From positions 4,495,911 to 4,559,910 of the forward strand of contig CAJFCJ010000007.1 of NCBI GenBank assembly GCA_904063045.1: a DNA stretch of 64,000 bases. The letters run 5' to 3'. The stretch is from Dimorphilus gyrociliatus. Lineage: Eukaryota > Animalia > Annelida. The translations under genes were made by a program, and so were the position numbers. Under the pieces are notes generated by a model, which worked only from the letters and a program-made list of their open reading frames with translations, had not been told where the DNA came from and did not search any database. Shown one piece after another: positions 62,457 to 64,000 of this stretch. Position 1 is the first letter of the stretch. Every line of letters starts with the position of its first letter.

Positions 62457-63027
62457 TTAACACAAACAGCCTTTTTTGTGAGCTAATTTGAAATACTTGC
62501 ATCCAAATTCTTTAACTAGTCCATAAGCAATTTCGGTCTTCAACAGACACGCTGAACAAGAATAAATCATTTATTACGAATGAATTAATTGCTTCATTAC
62601 CTAATTTAATTAGAAGAGGGAATCGATTACAACTACGTTTATGACACTTGAAAAATTTTTTATCACATTCTTCCCTACGTGTTCCACACGTTGAATAGCA
62701 TATGTCGTGTGCTTCGCAACAACTTTCTTTCAAGAAAATATCAAGGATACTCTTTGCAAAATAAAATACATTCAATTAGATATTACAGTATATTTATAGT
62801 ACAATTTCTTTACCCTTATCCATTTAGGAAAACTATCAGGTCCACAATCCAAATTATCAATTCTCTCTGGATTGTTTACAGGAAAGGGATTACCTGTCAT
62901 AGAGTAGATAATGTATTAAATAATAATTTCAATAAATTTACTAACCATTCGGACATTTAAATTGGCAATTTGAAGTGATCCCATTAATTACGAAGAAAAT
63001 TACCATGAAGAATACATAGCATTTCAT
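62457..63027 (-). CDS. Group XII-like secreted phospholipase A2, paralogue C
   Basis: Signal peptide MKCYVFFMVIFFVINGITS; CQFKCPNG; LDCGPD; CCEAHDICYSTCG; ECDKKFFKCH; FGCKYFKLAHKKGCLC*. Same intron phases as B. Confidence 0.9.
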
Positions 63028-64000
63028 TACTGGTTTGAGGTTATGTTAAAAATATTATTTAGTATTGAATGCTCTTTATAATCTTTATAAAGAGTATGTG
63101 AATGAGGATAGAAAACTTCAATTCTATTCTCTACGGATCGGAGAATTTTAGTTTCTTCAATATTCAATATATTAATAGATTTTATTAAATCTTACTATCC
63201 GTATTCTTTACCTTACCTTTGTAAAATATTATTATAATATAAAATACAGATTTATTCAATCTAAATTAATGGTTTCGGATTATCTTATTCTCTCTCCCCT
63301 CCCTCTCCTCCCCCTCATCCTGAACAATGATGGATCTATACTAATAAACTTAACATATAAATTAAAAAGAAGGAAACCATGTAGTTTATTCATTTACAGT
63401 AAAAGAAATAGTTCTAGACAAGAAGTAATAAATAGGTCCAATAGACAATATAATTGATTGTTTGTAATAAGAATTTGTCAATATTAATAATTAATAATGT
63501 AAGCATTATAAATAATTTTAGATAAAATAACTACATAGCAGGAAAATAATCTGTTCCAAGTTCCGTTAAAGACTATTCACCCTCATCGTTTTTACATTTT
63601 CTATATAAATTTATTAAACTACAGTGTTAAATTTTGCAGATAAGTAAAGTTTCATTTTACGTTTTATAGGCTGCTACTGCAATAAAAGAAATATGAATAT
63701 GCAGTATGTTAACATAAAAATTAAGAATAATTAACAAACTTATATCGATTGGATAATTAATTGTCCATAGGTATATGGTAACTTTCCATTTATTCTCGAC
63801 ACTGCTTTACATGTATATAAACCTTTATCGTACTTAGTTGCATATTGTAAATCGATAAACACCTTAAAAGAATAGATAATATTCAACCATTATATGAAAC
63901 AATTCAATAAAATACTAACCGCTGTTATAAAAGGATCTTTATAATTCCAAATAGTTACTCTTTCGTTATGATTTCTACGAATTCTTTTATCATTTTTATA

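Noticed and set aside
1-64000. tRNA, rRNA, snRNA, SL RNA and CRISPR arrays
   Set aside because: No T-loop/cloverleaf, rRNA-like block or regularly spaced repeat-spacer array seen; the only regular repeat (14061-14261) is contiguous and coding.

Overview
Eukaryotic (metazoan) AT-rich, gene-dense genomic DNA with mostly 50-90 nt GT-AG introns. This is consistent with a compact lophotrochozoan genome such as a miniaturised annelid, but the taxon is inference only. Genes reconstructed by hand, left to right: Nup98-Nup96 precursor (-); secreted C-type lectin/Thr-rich/PAN gene copy 1 (-); decayed DD34E Tc1 element; MAP9-like gene with an expanded RKSP-repeat middle (+); near-identical lectin copy 2 (-); TMEM53 (+); a secreted, intron-containing homologue of bacterial type VI secretion amidase effector Tae4 with both catalytic residues replaced (+); Rubicon-homology domain gene (+); LicD/fukutin-family gene (-); two NRF-6/acyltransferase-3 paralogues (+) separated by a gag-only BEL/Pao relic; a small secreted prepropeptide with two acidic 4-Cys repeats (+); SLC22 transporter (-); big-brain-like aquaporin with a 7.1 kb intron (+); a group XII-like secreted PLA2 cluster (three genes plus one pseudogene, -) interleaved with an orphan Ig-domain gene, a non-autonomous Tc1 and a modular lectin-like gene. 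The best leads are the catalytically dead, strongly cationic Tae4-like protein, the orphan cysteine-rich peptide, the cationic PLA2 cluster, several apparent pseudoenzymes, and abundant TA-CAG-TA/TA-CTG-TA motifs resembling Tc1 excision footprints. No tRNA, rRNA or CRISPR array was seen. All family calls are by-eye motif recognition, not database searches.
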